Assembly (NCBI GenBank): GCA_977020255.1
Contig: CDROCS010001028.1
Location: forward strand, 124,001 to 188,000
DNA: 64,000 nt
DNA from: Obrimoposthia wandeli
Taxonomy: Eukaryota
Reading direction: 5' to 3'
The notes under the pieces were generated by a model, which worked only from the letters and a program-made list of their open reading frames with translations, did not search any database and had not been told where the DNA came from. Below, piece after piece: positions 61,680 through 64,000 of this stretch (the first letter of the stretch is position 1; each line of letters begins with the position of its first letter). The position numbers were made by a program, and so were the translations under genes.

Positions 61680-62118
61680 AAATGCTACTCAAACGTTTTT
61701 CCGTAATGTTTTTTTGATCAAAAAGTAGAAACGAAAATGGTCAATCAAAAACCAAGATAATTAGACCACTAAATAAAAAATCCTGATGATCTTAACAATA
61801 ACGACATAAAAATTCAAATACTCTTAGTTAAATGAGGCATTCATACTACTGAGATGGCAAGTTTACCCACACATTTATTACGTACACTAAACATTTAATC
61901 ATGATGCTAGCGTGCTCTGAAATACCTAAGTCATATGAAATTCAAATATGATGTTCTGGAAGAGAAGAGCTGAAAAAGAAGTGCTAAACGAAGGAAGAGA
62001 ATAACTATAAAAGTGAGAAGCATTAAATGGCTAGTACCTGAGTAATATCAGAAGACTAGCCAACGAATTGTTAATGACGAATCATGCCGATAGACACCTG
62101 TTCTTCATCAATGATTAA

Positions 62119-62829
62119 TTATAGACACGGCTCACAAATAATCGCTAATTCAGACGGATCTCGAATGATGTAATCAGGTTTAATAGACCAGTGTTCTGGC
62201 GCTGCGCCACTGTACGCAACCGCCACAGAAATAACGGTTAATTTTTCACCAAAGGCAGCTTGCAGATTACGAGCAAACTGCACATCCGCTTCATGATCGC
62301 CGATATACATCACTGTTTTATTCTCTGAGCTATCAAATAATTGTTCTAAACAAATTAAACCACCATCTGCAGCAGGTTTTTGAGCATCGCCTAATACATC
62401 GTCGTAACCGATGACTGATTTGAAAAAAGAATCAATTTTCGCCTCAGATAAAACATTACGTATATTCTTTGAAGAATTCTGCGAGCAAATACCATGCGGA
62501 ATAGAAGATAAACGTCGCACCGTATCATCAATCCCCGAAAACAATTTAACTGGCGTGGTATTGCTTAACTGATGTTCAGCCCATAACGAACCCGCTACCT
62601 GCATTTCTGATTCTGTCATGCCATAGTAATTTACATAAAGTTCTTGCCAGTTTTTAGCTGCATGATTTGCATGATGATATGCCGCCTCACTGAGTAGGCA
62701 TTTAGGCAGGTTATCACCAATTAATCGAGGCGCGACAATGGATAAAATACTTTTGGTAATCTCTATATTTTTAGGAACAGAGTTAACAATCGTTCCATCA
62801 TAATCCCACAAAATAGCATCTAGCTTCAT
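62119..62829 (-). CDS. HAD-family hydrolase
   Basis: WDYDGTI (DxDGT), QKPAADG and YIGDHEAD motifs; start MKLDAIL at 62829. Confidence 0.9.
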   Translation of the reverse strand: MKLDAILWDYDGTIVNSVPKNIEITKSILSIVAPRLIGDNLPKCLLSEAAYHHANHAAKNWQELYVNYYGMTESEMQVAGSLWAEHQLSNTTPVKLFSGIDDTVRRLSSIPHGICSQNSSKNIRNVLSEAKIDSFFKSVIGYDDVLGDAQKPAADGGLICLEQLFDSSENKTVMYIGDHEADVQFARNLQAAFGEKLTVISVAVAYSGAAPEHWSIKPDYIIRDPSELAIICEPCL

Positions 62830-62946
62830 TATTACTCTCATATTCATTTATTGGTAACAGCTAAAAATATATCTGATTCATTCACTAGAATCATATTTAA
62901 AACGTCTACACACAGAAACGATGAGTTGATTATTTTTCGGCAGGAT

Positions 62947-63999
62947 TTATCCTATTGTTACCTGCATATTAACCCCAACGTCTCTGACAAAATCTTTATC
63001 ATGACTGACTAAAATAAACCCTCCTTTAAAGGCTTTTAGTGCGGTTGCTAGCATCTGTTTTGAGTCGATATCTAAATGATTATCTGGTTCATCAAGCAGT
63101 AACAAAGGCGCATCATCAACGTGGCTCACCATGAGCATCGACAATTTCATTTTTTCGCCACCACTTAAATGTGCCACTTTGCGGTAGACGGAATCTCGCC
63201 TAAAACCAATGCCAGCTAATAAGATTCTAGCGTCGCTTTCAATAAGCCCTCGGCAATGTTGCATTAAGCTATCTAGCATCGAATCATCACGTTTTAATAA
63301 GCCAAAGTTTTGATCCAAATACACCGTGTTTACATACTGTTTAATCACCCCTGAATAGCTTGTGTGCTGCTGTTGAATCGCTTTTAATAACGTGGATTTT
63401 CCACATCCATTCGCACCATCGAGATAGCATCGATCCGTCTGAGATAAAGAAAAAGAGAACAGGTTTCCTAAGCCATAATCCAATCGACAGCTTTGGACGT
63501 CTAACAGCTTGCGTTTCTTTACTTGCTCAGATTGCTGTAAATACAACGCTTGGGGTTTCAATGCCTCTTTATGTACTTCTAAGCTTTGCAGTTTGTCTTG
63601 ATTACGGTCTACTTGATTTTGCTGATTGGTTACCTGTGCCGATTGACTGCGTCCCGCTTTGTCTTTCATCGCGTCCATTAAAATTTTAGGCTGACTACCC
63701 GATTTTCTAAGGCGGTTGCCTTGGGCTTCACGTTGCTGTGCCTTTTCTTTGTTGGCTTGGGTTTGACGCTCTATCTTTTTTTGTTCCGATTTCAGTTGCG
63801 CGATTTTTCTGTCTAGTGCTGTTGATTGAATCGTCGCCTGCTCTTGATATACGTCGTAATTTCCGCTGAAAAACGTTAGCCCTAAGCCCGTTAGCTGATA
63901 AATAGCATCGACATGTTTTAGCAAGCTTCTATCATGGCTAACCAAGAGTATTTGCCCTTCGAATTGCTCTAATTGATTAATTAGCCAACGTTTACCCGC
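62947..63999 (-). CDS. ABC-F-like ATP-binding protein, C-terminal part; the start lies beyond the window
   Basis: The frame stays open to the edge (AGKRWLINQLEQFEGQILLVSHDR); coiled-coil linker, [14 protein letters not shown] and LLLLDEPDNHLD motifs. Confidence 0.88.
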   Translation of the reverse strand, partial: AGKRWLINQLEQFEGQILLVSHDRSLLKHVDAIYQLTGLGLTFFSGNYDVYQEQATIQSTALDRKIAQLKSEQKKIERQTQANKEKAQQREAQGNRLRKSGSQPKILMDAMKDKAGRSQSAQVTNQQNQVDRNQDKLQSLEVHKEALKPQALYLQQSEQVKKRKLLDVQSCRLDYGLGNLFSFSLSQTDRCYLDGANGCGKSTLLKAIQQQHTSYSGVIKQYVNTVYLDQNFGLLKRDDSMLDSLMQHCRGLIESDARILLAGIGFRRDSVYRKVAHLSGGEKMKLSMLMVSHVDDAPLLLLDEPDNHLDIDSKQMLATALKAFKGGFILVSHDKDFVRDVGVNMQVTIG

Positions 64000-64000
64000 A

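Noticed and set aside
61711-61724. Perfect palindrome TTTTTGATCAAAAA upstream of the BCCT gene, considered as a BetI operator
   Set aside because: It does not match the TTGAACGTTCAA core, and low-complexity palindromes are common in AT-rich DNA.
1-64000. Other short ORFs in the track nested in or antisense to long genes, and longer upstream starts for ybiT, kbl, bcsA, bcsR, xanQ-like, xdhD and others
   Set aside because: The nested ORFs overlap well-supported genes and lack motifs. Starts were trimmed to positions matching family N-termini or SD sites.
1-64000. rRNA, tRNA, prophage, integron and intact IS
   Set aside because: No such signatures, integrase or transposase ORFs were seen by eye; tRNAscan-SE and Infernal were not run, so small ncRNAs cannot be excluded.

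Overview
AT-rich chromosomal window from a marine gammaproteobacterium. A Vibrionaceae-like host (Aliivibrio/Photobacterium type) is an inference from gene content and protein style, not a database result. Housekeeping and metabolic genes include a receiver protein, glutaredoxin, yaiI, ybiT, kbl-tdh with a divergent LysR, malZ, anmK, an HrpB-like helicase, a BCCT transporter, a HAD hydrolase and an ABC-F protein. Accessory blocks: (1) a three-gene polysaccharide satellite (flippase, GT2, GT4) with divergent sigma54 promoters, next to a secreted Asp/Tyr/Ser-rich protein; (2) an orphan Tme/DUF1240-like toxin-immunity pair; (3) a complete E. coli-type cellulose locus (bcsRQABZC plus divergent bcsEFG), followed by a Bmp/Bal-like matrix protein and lipoprotein pair with a SypG-type enhancer; (4) a small polymorphic-toxin-like locus with an unannotated orphan C-terminal toxin fragment and two paralogous immunity-like genes; (5) a stress cluster of two cytochrome P460 genes, msrB, two msrA, a thioredoxin-fold gene and an OsmC-hydrolase fusion, opposite an RclR-like AraC regulator; (6) a ygfM-xdhD-xanQ-guaD-ghx purine catabolism operon with intergenic tandem repeats. 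No rRNA, tRNA, CRISPR array, intact transposase or prophage was seen. All protein assignments come from motif recognition by eye; no searches were run.
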